Part shown: positions 44,725 to 56,352 of the stretch, in pieces | Layout: each line of letters starts with the position of its first letter | Numbering within the stretch: position 1 is the stretch's first letter | Origin: Alloascoidea hylecoeti | Taxonomy: Eukaryota | Assembly: GCA_001600815.1 (NCBI GenBank) | Contig: BCKZ01000006.1 | Location: 248,001-312,000 of the forward strand | DNA length: 64,000 nucleotides | Reading direction: 5' to 3' | The notes under the pieces: model-generated | The model's input: only the letters and a program-made list of their open reading frames with translations | What the model was told of the DNA's origin: nothing | The model's database searches: none | Made by a program: the position numbers and the translations under genes

Positions 44725-45485
44725 GTTCTGATTTAATTTTTGTAGGATCTCTTTCAGATTTCAATGAGCTCGAGCTCTATAGATAGTGGGAATGACACGA
44801 TCGTAAGAGACCGGAGATTGAATTATATTGAATTATGCAGGTTAAACAATACATGCGGTTTCCTTCTGTTTTTGGAGGTGGTGCCGAGGCACCGAGTGAT
44901 TCTACATCCATTGTCACAGCCATTCTAATTGGAAGAGAGGAATAAAAAACGATACAAACACAACATAGAACACCTTTTTAGCTTGTTGCAGCTGTTATTA
45001 AATCGTCAACTATTGCAATTCGTAGATCTCACACATGAGTCTTTAGTCTTGAACCAAAGCCTGAAACGAATAGCTATATTAGCGATCCACAAAACACTTG
45101 TCCAATTGCAAAAATATAGTACACATACATCTGTTTTATTAATTCTAAATAAATTAATTCCTGAACTGTAGGTTGAGTTTCCAAATAACACATAAATCAA
45201 ACAAATACAAGAAAAGAGTAAAACATATAAAATTATCTTGATCTAGATTAAAATTGGCCGTAACTAATGTGACGCCATCCACCAACCATAACCCTTTGAA
45301 AAATAATCATTTAAAACAACAATACTTGAACACAAACCATATGTAGTAGAAACCAACTAAATAAAAGTCATAAGGTCTAAATGATTGTAATTTCTCATTG
45401 TGCAAACTAGAGAACATAAAACTAGAGTTTTACTGACCCCGTTTATCATTAGACTACCCTGCCATTTTACAATTGACGAACTTAT

Positions 45486-45992
45486 TCATGAATCTGTTCC
45501 AACTTGATTTTTGAGTTGCCTTTCTGCTCTCCGTTGTAATTTTTGTAATTCTTTTTTCCTTCTTTCAAGCATTCCCCATCGCCGTCGCCATTCAATTAAA
45601 GTATCGGCAATCAGGTCAGCTGTACTTTTCCATAAGACCTCCTGCTCTAAGCTATAACCACTCATTTTCAAAAGAAGATTGGCCGTATCCATGGAATCAT
45701 TTGAGACCATAGAATATTCAGGTGAAAAAGATGATTCTTTTGCTTCAATAATTTTACTCTTTCCTTTCCTTTTGAGTTGTGGTGGAGGTGTTGTTCCATC
45801 TGTAGCCGCTGAGGTTGAATCGTCAGAGTTGCTGAGACTGCTGAGACTGCTGTCGCCTGTTACAGATACTGGAGACGAAGGAGACAACTTAGTAGTATCC
45901 GACAATTTGGTATGCCTATACTTTAGAATCACAAATTTAGAAGGTTTAGTGACTCCCTTATTTCTTGTTGTAGAGCGAGTATTATATCTCAT
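45486..45992 (-). CDS. Hypothetical 168-aa basic/Ser-rich protein with C-terminal coiled coil
   Basis: ATG-initiated ORF with an A-rich leader, richer in GC than its flanks; no family recognised. Confidence 0.55.
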   Translation of the reverse strand: MRYNTRSTTRNKGVTKPSKFVILKYRHTKLSDTTKLSPSSPVSVTGDSSLSSLSNSDDSTSAATDGTTPPPQLKRKGKSKIIEAKESSFSPEYSMVSNDSMDTANLLLKMSGYSLEQEVLWKSTADLIADTLIEWRRRWGMLERRKKELQKLQRRAERQLKNQVGTDS

Positions 45993-46569
45993 AATTTTTT
46001 TTTGTGTTTATGAAAAATAATATATATTTGATTGACTACCGCAGTGTTTAAACGTGGACGCACTGATATAAAAAAGGTGGGAAGAATAGGAAAATAATGA
46101 ATTAATAAGGTGAAGGGACGATTCTTGGTAAAGTGAAACAGAGAGAAGATGTTTTTAAGGTGGTATTGTAAGTTAGAGTAAAGCGAATTTTGGTTTTGTT
46201 ATACAGTGGTAGTAATGAATGAAATAGACTTAAAATGTTCGCTGCTGCATGAAACAAGGTTCAGCCCAATTTCCTCCGTCAACTTCCTAGCTAAGCAGCC
46301 TGGAACCAGCAATAACAATTTTCTCATGGTCATACTGGTTACCACAACTGGTTATAGCATTCACAAGAAGTATATCTACAACTATCTAGTAGTCATCCTA
46401 TTGTATATTTGTATCATCGGTGACGGAAACAACGTTCCCTTCAGTTTTCCTTTTTCGATTGGAGCTTACTAGCAACATGACCTGTAGCACCATATCATAC
46501 ACAACCTCCTGGTAATTTATAATTTCAGTTATTTTTTAATCTATTAATTATATGTTAATTATATAAAGA

Positions 46570-46900
46570 AATTTTTGCTTCTTGTAATTGATCGAAGAGT
46601 CGTGAATCTACTGGACAAGTCACCTTGCAGATTCACTATTTGATAGCAAAGAACCTCACAAGATTTGTCTTTTACATATAACCAGATGCACTTGGCTTTT
46701 AAGAGCAGTTTCATACACCTGGTATTTTACTAGTGACTTTGTTGATTGAGTACAGCTGTCTTGCCGTCGTCATCAACGACATCCATATCAATCATCATAA
46801 ACATCAAAACAATTGCCGCAATTGTAAACATATAGGAGTATAATAAGCTTTCTAATTTCAGAATGTGCATTTTAACAGTATGGGATAAATCTTTAGAAAC
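46570..46900 (-). pseudogene. Possible decayed ankyrin-repeat fragment
   Basis: Reading through TAG TAA at 46727-46732: IDMDVVDDDGKTAVLNQQSH**NTRCMKLLLKAKCIWLYVKDKSCEVLCYQIVNLQGDL, spaced like the ankyrin consensus D..G.TAL......G...C.KLLL......KD..G. Confidence 0.35.
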
Positions 46901-47282
46901 CAAAAAATACTTTAGAAGTGTTGAATATGGTAAAAAAAATTGATTAGTCTCCAAATGACACAATCCCCCTTTCATCTTTTTTTAAAAGTTGCAGGGAATA
47001 TCTCAACTGAACTCCCGCATGCATTTGCAGTTCGATGTTAGACGAAAATGATTTAAAGTTGTATGGAAGATGCAGAAGATAAAATTTACGATATGCTAGG
47101 TTGAGGACTTATATATATGGATATGCATAATTATAACAAACTATTAAAAATCAGATATTTCAAAAATATATTGATTATTATAATATATACAAATAAATAT
47201 GATCTCATCTTTTGAGTTGAGCTTCATATTAATATTATCGTTTTAGTTTAAATATGTAATTGTAACTGAAGTTATAGATTCG

Positions 47283-48862
47283 TTAGAGTCCATCAAACTT
47301 GGCAATTCCATGTACTTGTTTTTGACTTCGTACTTGTTTTGTACTAATAGAAGTTTGAAACTTTTTCTTTGACTTTTTCACGCTCTTCTTTGTTTTCTTC
47401 TTATTATGAAGTTCAGCTTCCGAATCTGAATCATCTGGTTCATTCTTTTTAGGAACTGGCAATTTAATTTCTGGAATTGGGCTACTATCATCTTCATCTT
47501 CATCTTCATCTTCATCTTCATCACTATTATCATCCTCATCATGTTTAAGCTTTTTTCTATTTCTTGAAACTTGTTCATCAGAATCGCTATCTAATTCAGA
47601 GTCATCAGCGTCAGATGAAGAATCCTTTGATAATTCCAGATCTTCATCATCTTCTTTCCATTGTGTTTCTCCTATATCTTTCATATTCCAAAGTTTGATA
47701 CCATCAGCACCACCACTAACTAGTTTGTATTGATAATCTATATCCAAGAATAATACATCATCAACTTTACTATGAACCCTTTGTTCTAAAACTCTTCCAC
47801 TCTTAATATCAACTTTTCTTATAATACCATCAGCACCACTTGCAAATATAGTATCATCGTTATCTTCATCTATATCAAGTGTTGATAACACACAATCAAT
47901 ACTGTCTTCACTTAAATTTATTCTAGTAATTTGATCAGCCCAGTTATTTATAGAAGGATTCCAAGTAGTAACAATTCCACTCGACGTACCTGCAACTCCA
48001 AGTTTACCTTCAACCGGATCAGGGAAACAAAATGATAATAAATCATCATCTTGATGATCACTGTTATATAATATACCTTTTCTTATATCAATTTCAGCTA
48101 AAGTTGTAGAACCAACAGTTAAATAATGATATTGATTAATATGTGGCATAGCAACAATTGAACTAACTAAATCACTATGGACTTTAGAATATGTGTGTGT
48201 TTGTTCCATAGTTCTCGTATCAAATATTTTAACTGAAGATGATTCCGTACCTCCTACAAGAATTGGATGAGTTGTTGATACAGCAAGTTTTGTAAATTTG
48301 GATTTTGTAGCTTTTTCTTTTTTAGAAATTATCTTCCCAGTTTCTGAATCTATTTTATTTATTACTTTATCCAATCCTGTAGAATACATTGCTGTATTAA
48401 AATTGATTAGTATTATCATTCTAGAAGTATTTTATATTTCAAAGGTAAATACTTACTTTTTCCAGTGGCATCAAAAATAACATCCCAAACACTTCCTTTA
48501 TGTCTTCTTTTTTTCCAAGTAGTAACAATTGGTGAACTTCCTTCTTCATCATCTATATACTCTATTTCAGGATTATAAACATACCATGAAACATCTTTTT
48601 TATCTTCAACAGAGACCCCACTCTTAATAGCTTTTTTATTTCTTAATATTTGATCAATTTGTAAATCCTGTAAAATTTCATCATCATAAGTATTTAAAAA
48701 TATTTTACCATTTGATAAACCCGATGCAAAAATTGGTTTTTCAGGATGAAATGCTAAAGAAAGTAAACGACTTGTGAATTCTATTTCTAATGAAGGCGGT
48801 GGAAGTTCAAATGTCGCCTCTACAGAAAAGATTCCTTTTTTACCTCTTCGTCTTTTACCCAT
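47283..48862 (-). CDS. JIP5: WD-repeat protein Jip5/WDR55; exons 48862-48457, 48391-47283
   Basis: MGKRRR start, AFHPEKPIFASGLSNG, TTWKKRRHKGSV, YLTVGSTTL..IDIRKG, SDHQDDDLL, acidic/basic tail ending HGIAKFDGL. Intron GTAAGT..TACTAAT..CAG. Confidence 0.9.
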
Positions 48863-48921
48863 TTTTTTATTTTTGTTTTTACTTTTTTATATTTCAAAAA
48901 AAAAAAAGGTTGTATAATGAT

Positions 48922-48929
48922 TTACCCGG
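48922..48929 (+). promoter_or_regulatory. Reb1-type site between JIP5 and the bZIP gene
   Basis: TTACCCGG 60 bp upstream of the JIP5 ATG. Confidence 0.55.
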
Positions 48930-49546
48930 CTTCACCGTGGAATAGCATTGCTGACATAATATTTGTCATCATTCGCAACAGCATCACATAATTTTCTGTC
49001 ACCACTCCAATCTTACTCATCCAAATCTAAGAATTATTAACAACTGCTTATAAAGTAAGTAATATATTCACACACCATTATGATATTATCATTTAAGAAA
49101 TAAATAAACGCGTTCTTTATCTTCATATTTTTATAATTTTTTTTTTTAATTTTCTACCATTTTTTTCTGTAAACCTTTTGTGTTTTGTTTATTTATAAAT
49201 GTTTATAATCAGGCTTGTTGTTGAGGGGTTTGCTGACATAACTATCATCAAATCATCATGTCTCAAAAAAGAACTTTCAAGCATTGAGAAATTAACTTCA
49301 TGAGATTTCTGAAAGAAGTATCATTTATTGCACACCTAACTTGTTAATGTTGCGGTTCTTCTTGATGTTTGCCACCGATGTAAAATTCTCGGCTTTTTTT
49401 ATTTTTATTTTTTTTTTGTTCATTTATCCGGCGAAAATGGATAGGGCCATGTTTATTCAACTTTTTTGATGATATAATGATGAATAAATGATTAAGATAA
49501 TTTTCATAAATACTAATTATAATGATTTTACTTATCAAAAGAAAAA

Positions 49547-50150
49547 ATGGACGAAAATCATAGCATTGACCCAATAATTTCTAAGGCAGAAGAAGGAAAT
49601 TTCCATCATGAAGAATTCCCAAATGTTGGTGATGTTGCAGCAGCAGCAGTTGCTGCCAGTACTGGCTCTGATCAATCTCATGATGAATCGATTCCTCCTG
49701 TGTCGATGAATAATGCTGGTAGAGCACTTTCTACTAGTAAACGTGCTGCTCAAAATAGAGCTGCTCAAGTAAGTTATAATATATCATTACGTTATGATAT
49801 AAAATCTAACGCGTTTAATAATTAGAGAGCATTCCGTCAAAGGAAAGAACAACGGATTAAAGAATTAGAAGCAAAAGTTCAAAATATGGATACTTTAAAA
49901 GATACTATTGAAGCTTTAAGGCAAGAAAATATTCAACTTCGTGATTATATTTTAGCTTTACAGTCTCGATTAATTGAACAACCAAGTGGCGTCCCAACTC
50001 CACCTGCTGTTTACAGTGGAAGGGAAGGTAAGTAAACTAGGCTTTCAATATTTTTTTTTCTCTCTTTGTTGTATTTATTGTTTATGTTTGTGTATATATT
50101 AACTAACAGCATCACTTTATGGAGTTAAAACAGGTTTAAAAAATAATTAA
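49547..50150 (+). CDS. Small bZIP transcription factor, KapC-like; exons 49547-49768, 49826-50027, 50110-50150
   Basis: RALSTSKRAAQNRAAQ|RAFRQRKEQRIKELE...LRQENIQLRDYILALQSRLIE: YAP-type basic region plus the KapC-like LRDYI..LQSRL motif. Confidence 0.85.
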
Positions 50151-50336
50151 TTTGAACTTATATATATAAAAAAAAAAAGGTATAGATTCTAGTGACATTA
50201 GACTCACTTTTATATATTCTTATTATATTGTAAGAATTATTATTATATATTTTGAATAATGGTTGTTGATTTTTATATTTCTAATTGATTATGATTATGG
50301 TTCTTGGAAGAATTTTTGTGAATTTTTAAAATTTTA

Positions 50337-50385
50337 AAATTTCAATTTCAATTTCAATTTCAATTCCAATTCCAATTTCAATTAT
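50337..50385 (+). repeat. Hexanucleotide microsatellite (AATTTC/AATTCC)n
   Basis: Directly visible tandem repeat in intergenic DNA. Confidence 0.75.
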
Positions 50386-50789
50386 TATTGATTGATTGTT
50401 TGATTAAATTTAATATTGAAAAACGCAATTGAATTGGGATTGGAATTAGAAATGAAGATGGAAATGGAATAAAGCATGAAGAGAAATTTCGTTTACATTA
50501 AATATTTTGATTTATCGCAGATTCGCAGAGATAACACACACGGTTTAAATTCTGTATTTTATTTTTATTTTTGATTATATACATACAAATAAAAAGGGTA
50601 TTCCCATCAATTGATATAATTAATTATGAAGTATTTTTGTTGAGATGTGGTCACGATGACGTCTCTTTGCTTTTTCAAGTATTGCTCTGCCTCTTATACA
50701 ATAAATGAATTGCTCTCCCATATATATAAATAGGTGTATATCAACTTTTATAACCACACTTGCGATTCTAAGGACATAGACTAGTGAAG

Positions 50790-51548
50790 ATGGCTATGTA
50801 TATGGTTCGCTGGGGATTTAAATATGTCCTTCAAAAAGTAAATGCCAAGCAGATACGATGCAGATTAATAATGCATTGAATGTTTGTGAATAGGATGAAT
50901 GCTAACAAATCTAAAAGATCTTTAGGGAATATGACTTGGATAGATTCGGCATTGAAGACCCATACTACGAAGTACGTATCAACAGTTAGTTGCGATTGTG
51001 ATGAAGTTTACAAAGATTAACGGATTGTGAAATTTCAAAGTATGTTCCTGTTGATGGCAGCAGTGATATCTCATCACCCAAGACTAAGAAAATCAAAAGA
51101 AAACGACCGATTCCCGAAGGGATTTCCGATAACGACTCCAATATCCTACGACAGATTACGAGAAGAGCGTACCACTTGGATATGTTGTTCAATGTGTTGG
51201 GGTATCGGATAGGATGGAGCGGTATCATCGGAATGGTTCCCATGTGAGTTTCTGCAAAGGTGACTTCGTATTCGGATATTATATGCTAATAATTTATATA
51301 GAGTGGGAGACTTTGCCTCTTTAGGCCTGTCGCTGATGTTGTACAGAACTGCACTACAAATCGATGGAGGTTTGCCACTTTTGGTCCATGTTAAGTTGCT
51401 GGGAAATATCATCATCGACTTTGCGTTGGGACTCATCCCCATCATTGGAGATTTGGTGGAGATCTCGTACAGAGCAAACAGCAGAAATGCTCTGGTCATG
51501 GAAAAACTGATGGTTTCGCGAGCTTCGCCAACCATCGTTGGAAAGTAA
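50790..51548 (+). CDS. DUF4112 membrane protein; exons 50790-50837, 50918-50971, 51041-51243, 51302-51548
   Basis: Spliced product: EDPYYE|YVP...KRPIPEGISDNDSNILRQITRRAYHLD...RIGWSGIIGMVPI|VGD...NIIIDFALGLIPIIGDL...YRANSRNA. Confidence 0.88.
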
Positions 51549-51687
51549 TATAATTATAAGACACGTAACGCCTTATAAATATTTATATAGTAACAATACA
51601 ATAGGTGTGTGGAACAAAGAAGAAACTTTTATTCATTCGCTTTCTGTTTTCTTCATCTGACCTGCCTTCACTCTCTTAGTAATTATA

Positions 51688-53745
51688 ATGATCACCTCTC
51701 CTTCAAGGGCCTCGAATGAGATCAAACCATCGTTCTCAAATGAGTCTTTGTCGTTGTCTTCACTGTCTTTGGCTTCTACAATAGCCCCAACTCCTCTTAT
51801 AGATCGACTCATCGAGGTTTCTAGCTCAGGTAGTGTTAACCATGTTCTAGAGCTCATTGAACAACAAAAAAGTATAGTCAATGAAAAGAATCAAAAGAAC
51901 GAAACTGCATTACACTGGGCTGCCGTGAACAATCAACTAGAAGTGGTTAAGATTCTAATAGACCATGGTGCGGAAGTTGATGTGGAAGGTGGTAAAGATG
52001 ATCTTTTAGCAACTCCTCTTCACTGGGCCTGTCAATGTGGTTTGGTATATACCGTTGACTATCTTATTTCCAAAGGTGCTGATCCTTTGAAAACTAATGG
52101 GAAAGGTTATAATTGTTTGCAGATAGCTGTCAACGCTTCAAGTGCATTATTGGTTATATATTTACTTCATCAACAAATTCCCGTTGATTCTGTGGACCAA
52201 TATGGTAGAACACCTTTACATTGGGCTGCTTATCATTCAGATCATGTTACAATTCATTCTTTATTAGAATGGGGGGCGGATATCAATAAAAGAGATTTAT
52301 ATGGTTATACCCCACTACATTGGGCTTTAGTAGTAGGAAATCCAAAATGTTTAGCCCTGTTATTAGCAGAAGGTGCAGACCCTTGTGCAATTACAAATGA
52401 TGCAAAAACAACTTGGGATATTGCTGAAAAGAATAATTGTTTACGATTATGGAAGATAATATTAGCACAAGGTGGTAAATATAAAAATGGTAGATCAAGA
52501 CCAATTTTCATGTCAAAAGAAACAACTGATAAAGTTGTTTTAATTATATCACAATTTTTAATAACAATTGTTTTGATAATTTTTACCCATTTATCAATAA
52601 TAAAAGCTATTCTTTCAACTTTATTTATTATTGTTTCAACATTATTAACATTAAAACGTTTCATTTTACCAAATGCTTATAGAGGTAAATCAGCTGTTTT
52701 ACATTCTCCATTATTAGCAGGAATGGTATTTGGTACATTAATTTGGATCTTTACTACTTGGTTATTAATATTATTACCAAATTCATTTGAATTTCATCCA
52801 TGTTTAAACTTTATAGCACCAATAGCATTTACATTCATCATATTATGTTTATTAAGATGTTCATTTATGGATCCCGGTTATATACCTAAATCAAAAGGTA
52901 AAAAAGAACAAAAACAATTAATTGATGATTTAATTTCAAAACATGAATATAATTATACATTATTTTGTTTAAAAACTTTTGTTAAAAAACCATTAAGAAG
53001 TGGTTATTCTCCTGCAACTAAAAAATTGGTTGCAAAATTAGATCATTATTGTCCATGGATAAATAATGAAGTTGGAATTAGAAATCATCGAGTTTTCATT
53101 ATTTTTTTAATTTCTTGTACTTTATTTTGTCCATTATATTTTATATTGGCTTTTATTCATTTCAATCAATTTGAATATGATTCAATGGATATTCAAGATA
53201 TACCATATTGTGAAATTTTTGGTGAAACGGTTTGTAGAGGTTATATCAATTCTCCAATTATTTTAACATTATCAACGTGGTTATTTGGTTTATACATTTG
53301 GATATTCATTCTATTATGTATGCAATTAATTCAAATTTCAAAAGGTGTTACAACTTTGGAAAGTCTTACAATTTATGAAGCAATATTTGAATTTAAAGGT
53401 CATAAAGGATCTTCTTGTTCACATTCACATTGTAAACAATATGGTATAAAACGTTTACAACATCGAATTTCTAAAATTATTAAAACAATTCCAAAAAAAA
53501 TTTATGAAAGATTTAAACTCTTAAAATTATATAATGATTCTTTTTATAGTTCATTTTCTTATGATTGTATAACAAATCTTATTGATTTTTGGAAACCATT
53601 TGATTCAATTTTATCTATAATTGATTATAGACAAGAAAGAATGGGATTAGGTTCTCTTGGTGGTATACCCGTTGATTATTATCAACTTTATAGTATTCCA
53701 AAATTATCGAAACGATGGAATGAAGGTTCTAAATTTATTGTTTAA
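51688..53745 (+). CDS. AKR1: Ankyrin-repeat palmitoyltransferase Akr1 family (DHYC)
   Basis: About six ankyrin repeats (TALHWAA, TPLHWAC, TPLHWAA...), TM segments, MDPGYIP, KPLRS...VAKLDHYCPWINNEVGIRNHR. Confidence 0.9.
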   Translation: MITSPSRASNEIKPSFSNESLSLSSLSLASTIAPTPLIDRLIEVSSSGSVNHVLELIEQQKSIVNEKNQKNETALHWAAVNNQLEVVKILIDHGAEVDVEGGKDDLLATPLHWACQCGLVYTVDYLISKGADPLKTNGKGYNCLQIAVNASSALLVIYLLHQQIPVDSVDQYGRTPLHWAAYHSDHVTIHSLLEWGADINKRDLYGYTPLHWALVVGNPKCLALLLAEGADPCAITNDAKTTWDIAEKNNCLRLWKIILAQGGKYKNGRSRPIFMSKETTDKVVLIISQFLITIVLIIFTHLSIIKAILSTLFIIVSTLLTLKRFILPNAYRGKSAVLHSPLLAGMVFGTLIWIFTTWLLILLPNSFEFHPCLNFIAPIAFTFIILCLLRCSFMDPGYIPKSKGKKEQKQLIDDLISKHEYNYTLFCLKTFVKKPLRSGYSPATKKLVAKLDHYCPWINNEVGIRNHRVFIIFLISCTLFCPLYFILAFIHFNQFEYDSMDIQDIPYCEIFGETVCRGYINSPIILTLSTWLFGLYIWIFILLCMQLIQISKGVTTLESLTIYEAIFEFKGHKGSSCSHSHCKQYGIKRLQHRISKIIKTIPKKIYERFKLLKLYNDSFYSSFSYDCITNLIDFWKPFDSILSIIDYRQERMGLGSLGGIPVDYYQLYSIPKLSKRWNEGSKFIV

Positions 53746-54113
53746 TTAAAAACGGAGTAAATGTTTTCTTTTTTCATTAATGCTTTACATTAATCTTGAT
53801 ATATTGCTTTCACTATATAACTATTCTTATTCTTATTATCCTAATTATCATTTCTCATTATTATTACTATCATTACTATCATTATTTCATAATCAAATCA
53901 TCACTTCATAATCAATCATTTTATAAATTCTTCTCGCAATATCGTTATATCATCATATTATTTATTTTAAAAGATTTTATCTGATGGGTTAGATTTATTA
54001 AGAAGTTTTATATATTTACATATTCGTGATTCTTCTGTGTCGCATGTCATCGTGTGATTTTATTAATCGTAATATTATGATATACTCATTAATTTTATTT
54101 AGTAGATATTTAT

Positions 54114-54672
54114 TTAATCTTTTTCTTCCTTTGCAGAGGCATCCTTTATATTTACTGCTTCTTCTTGAATTCTCTTTCTTGCAGCTTCAGCTCTGGCTCG
54201 TCTTTCTTTAGCCTCGGCATCTCGTCTTTCAAGATCTTCAATCCATAATCTCTCTCTCATTTTAGCTTTAGCTTTCAATTCAGCTTCTCTATCAATTTTA
54301 CGTCCTTCAGGTGTTAATTTTTGTCCTTTGTAATAATAACCTCCAGCAACTAAAGCAGCGACAGTTAAACCTTGAAATGCAACTCTTAATAAGAAATATT
54401 TATTTGCAGTCTTTTGATTACCGAGTTGAATTGATTTCGCTGATAGAATTAAAGCACCGCATGTTAAAAGACAACCAAGAGGTACCAAAGGTTCTCTTTT
54501 ACATCGTAAGACTAATTTATCAATGAACATTAAGTCCCTTACCAATTGATCATTAGTTAGCAAGATAAAGGCCGAAAAAAAGGAAAAGTAAAAAAATAGA
54601 TCTGTACTAAACATACTCTTCATCTTTATATTTATTATTTTCATGATCAAAACTTGATGGAAGACCGGACAT
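54114..54672 (-). CDS. RCF1: Respiratory supercomplex factor Rcf1 (HIG1 family); exons 54672-54617, 54537-54114
   Basis: MSGLPSSFD...EE|DLMFIDKLVLRCKREPLVPLGCLLTCGAL...RVAFQGLTVAALVAG...KAKMRERLWIEDLERRD. Confidence 0.92.
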
Positions 54673-55379
54673 TTTAAACTTGGAAGTTATATGAAATATG
54701 AATATATGTGATTCTTTTTTGGTGGTTCTATAAAACCAATGAAACCAGTGGTTGGTGGAAGGAAGTGAAAAGGAGGAGAAATCCACCTTCAGTGGTTGGT
54801 TGTTATATTAATTACTAAATTATGAATTATAAGCTAAACTGATCATTTTAAATGGTAATTACAATTATAAAGTGAGACAGTAGATTGAAAATGAATTTGA
54901 AAGAGATAATTTTTATCAGAGGAAAGTTCACCTCTTTATATCCAAATCTTTTTAAAGACGGATCAGACTCCAGAAGTTCTGAGTGAGATACTGAGGTGAG
55001 AATGGAATGTCAATGATTTCTTAAGTGAAGGATTAACTCATGGTTCTGTCTTATTATGTCAGAATAGTTGATAATATTCATAATTATTAACAATCTGTAA
55101 GAAAATTTTGGCAGGATGAAAGGACGAAATATGGCACACTTTCTATTGAAAATCACCGGTTTTAATACAATAGATACCTTGGCCAGAGATATATAATATT
55201 AGTATATAAATACTAGTAACCATATACAATTTTTAACATCAGTATTTTTTTTTTTTTTAATGTAACTATTCTATTTTTCATCTATCGAAAAAATATTACA
55301 GCATTCCCACCGCCTTATTTATCATCAGAAACCACAAAAACATATTTATAACAGAAAGTACATATTTATTAACAAAAAA

Positions 55380-56262
55380 ATGACCGATAGATCACATATT
55401 AGACCATATGATATGGTGATTAAACTTCTACTTGTAGGAGATTCAGGTAAATATTCTTATCATGTTATTATTACTTGAACTTGTGCTCGCTATTTATGAT
55501 CTTGAAGTCATCTTGATTTTATGATCTCGATATCATCTTTGAATTTTAGCTTATTAATATCAAATATTCTTAGGTGTTGGAAAGACATGTCTTCTACTTC
55601 GATTCATTGAAGATCGCTTTAATCCAAGTTTCATCACTACAATTGGGATTGATTTTAAGATCAGGAATATGGAAGTTGATGGTAAAAGAGTAAAATTACA
55701 AATTTGGGATACAGCAGGTAAATATACGAAAGATGGACAAGTACAGTTTATAGCCAACTAACCTTTTTGGAACTTGAAAATTGAAAATTGTTTAGGACAG
55801 GAAAGGTTTAGAACAATAACAACAGCTTATTATAGAAGCGCCATGGGTATATTATTAGTATATGATGTAACAAATGACAGATCTTTTGAAAGTATGTTGA
55901 TGATATCTATAATCACTAAAATATAAAAACTAACATTGTTGATAGACGTGAGAACTTGGTTTAATACAGTTAAACAACATTCAAGTCCCGAAGCCCAATT
56001 AATTCTGGTTGGAAATAAAACAGATGAAGAAGATCTCCGAAGAATACAATTCCAACAAGGTCAAGAAATGGCCAATGAGTTGGGGATTCCTTTTATGGAA
56101 ACAAGTGCAAAGGAAAATATTAACGTTGATAAAGTATTTATTGAATTAACTAAATATATTCAGGGAAGTAATGTGTTGAAAAAAGAGCAAATGATCATTA
56201 ATGAAGATGTTATCGATGTTTCTTCTTCTCCAGAAAATAAATCAAATTGTTGTTATAATTAA
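55380..56262 (+). CDS. SEC4: Rab GTPase Sec4/Rab8 family; exons 55380-55446, 55574-55717, 55796-55891, 55946-56262
   Basis: [56 protein letters not shown]-terminal CCYN. Confidence 0.88.
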
Positions 56263-56352
56263 TATAAAATATGTATACACGTGACTCTCCGCTACTATCT
56301 AATTACCTTTTATTTGTATTCTTCCTTTCATTTTATCCATTTTATCCAAACA

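Noticed and set aside
44878..44900. GGTGCCGAGGCACC mini-palindrome
   Set aside because: A 6-bp stem is expected by chance; no supporting context.
53030..53060. DHYC instead of DHHC in the palmitoyltransferase
   Set aside because: This is the normal signature of the Akr1 family.
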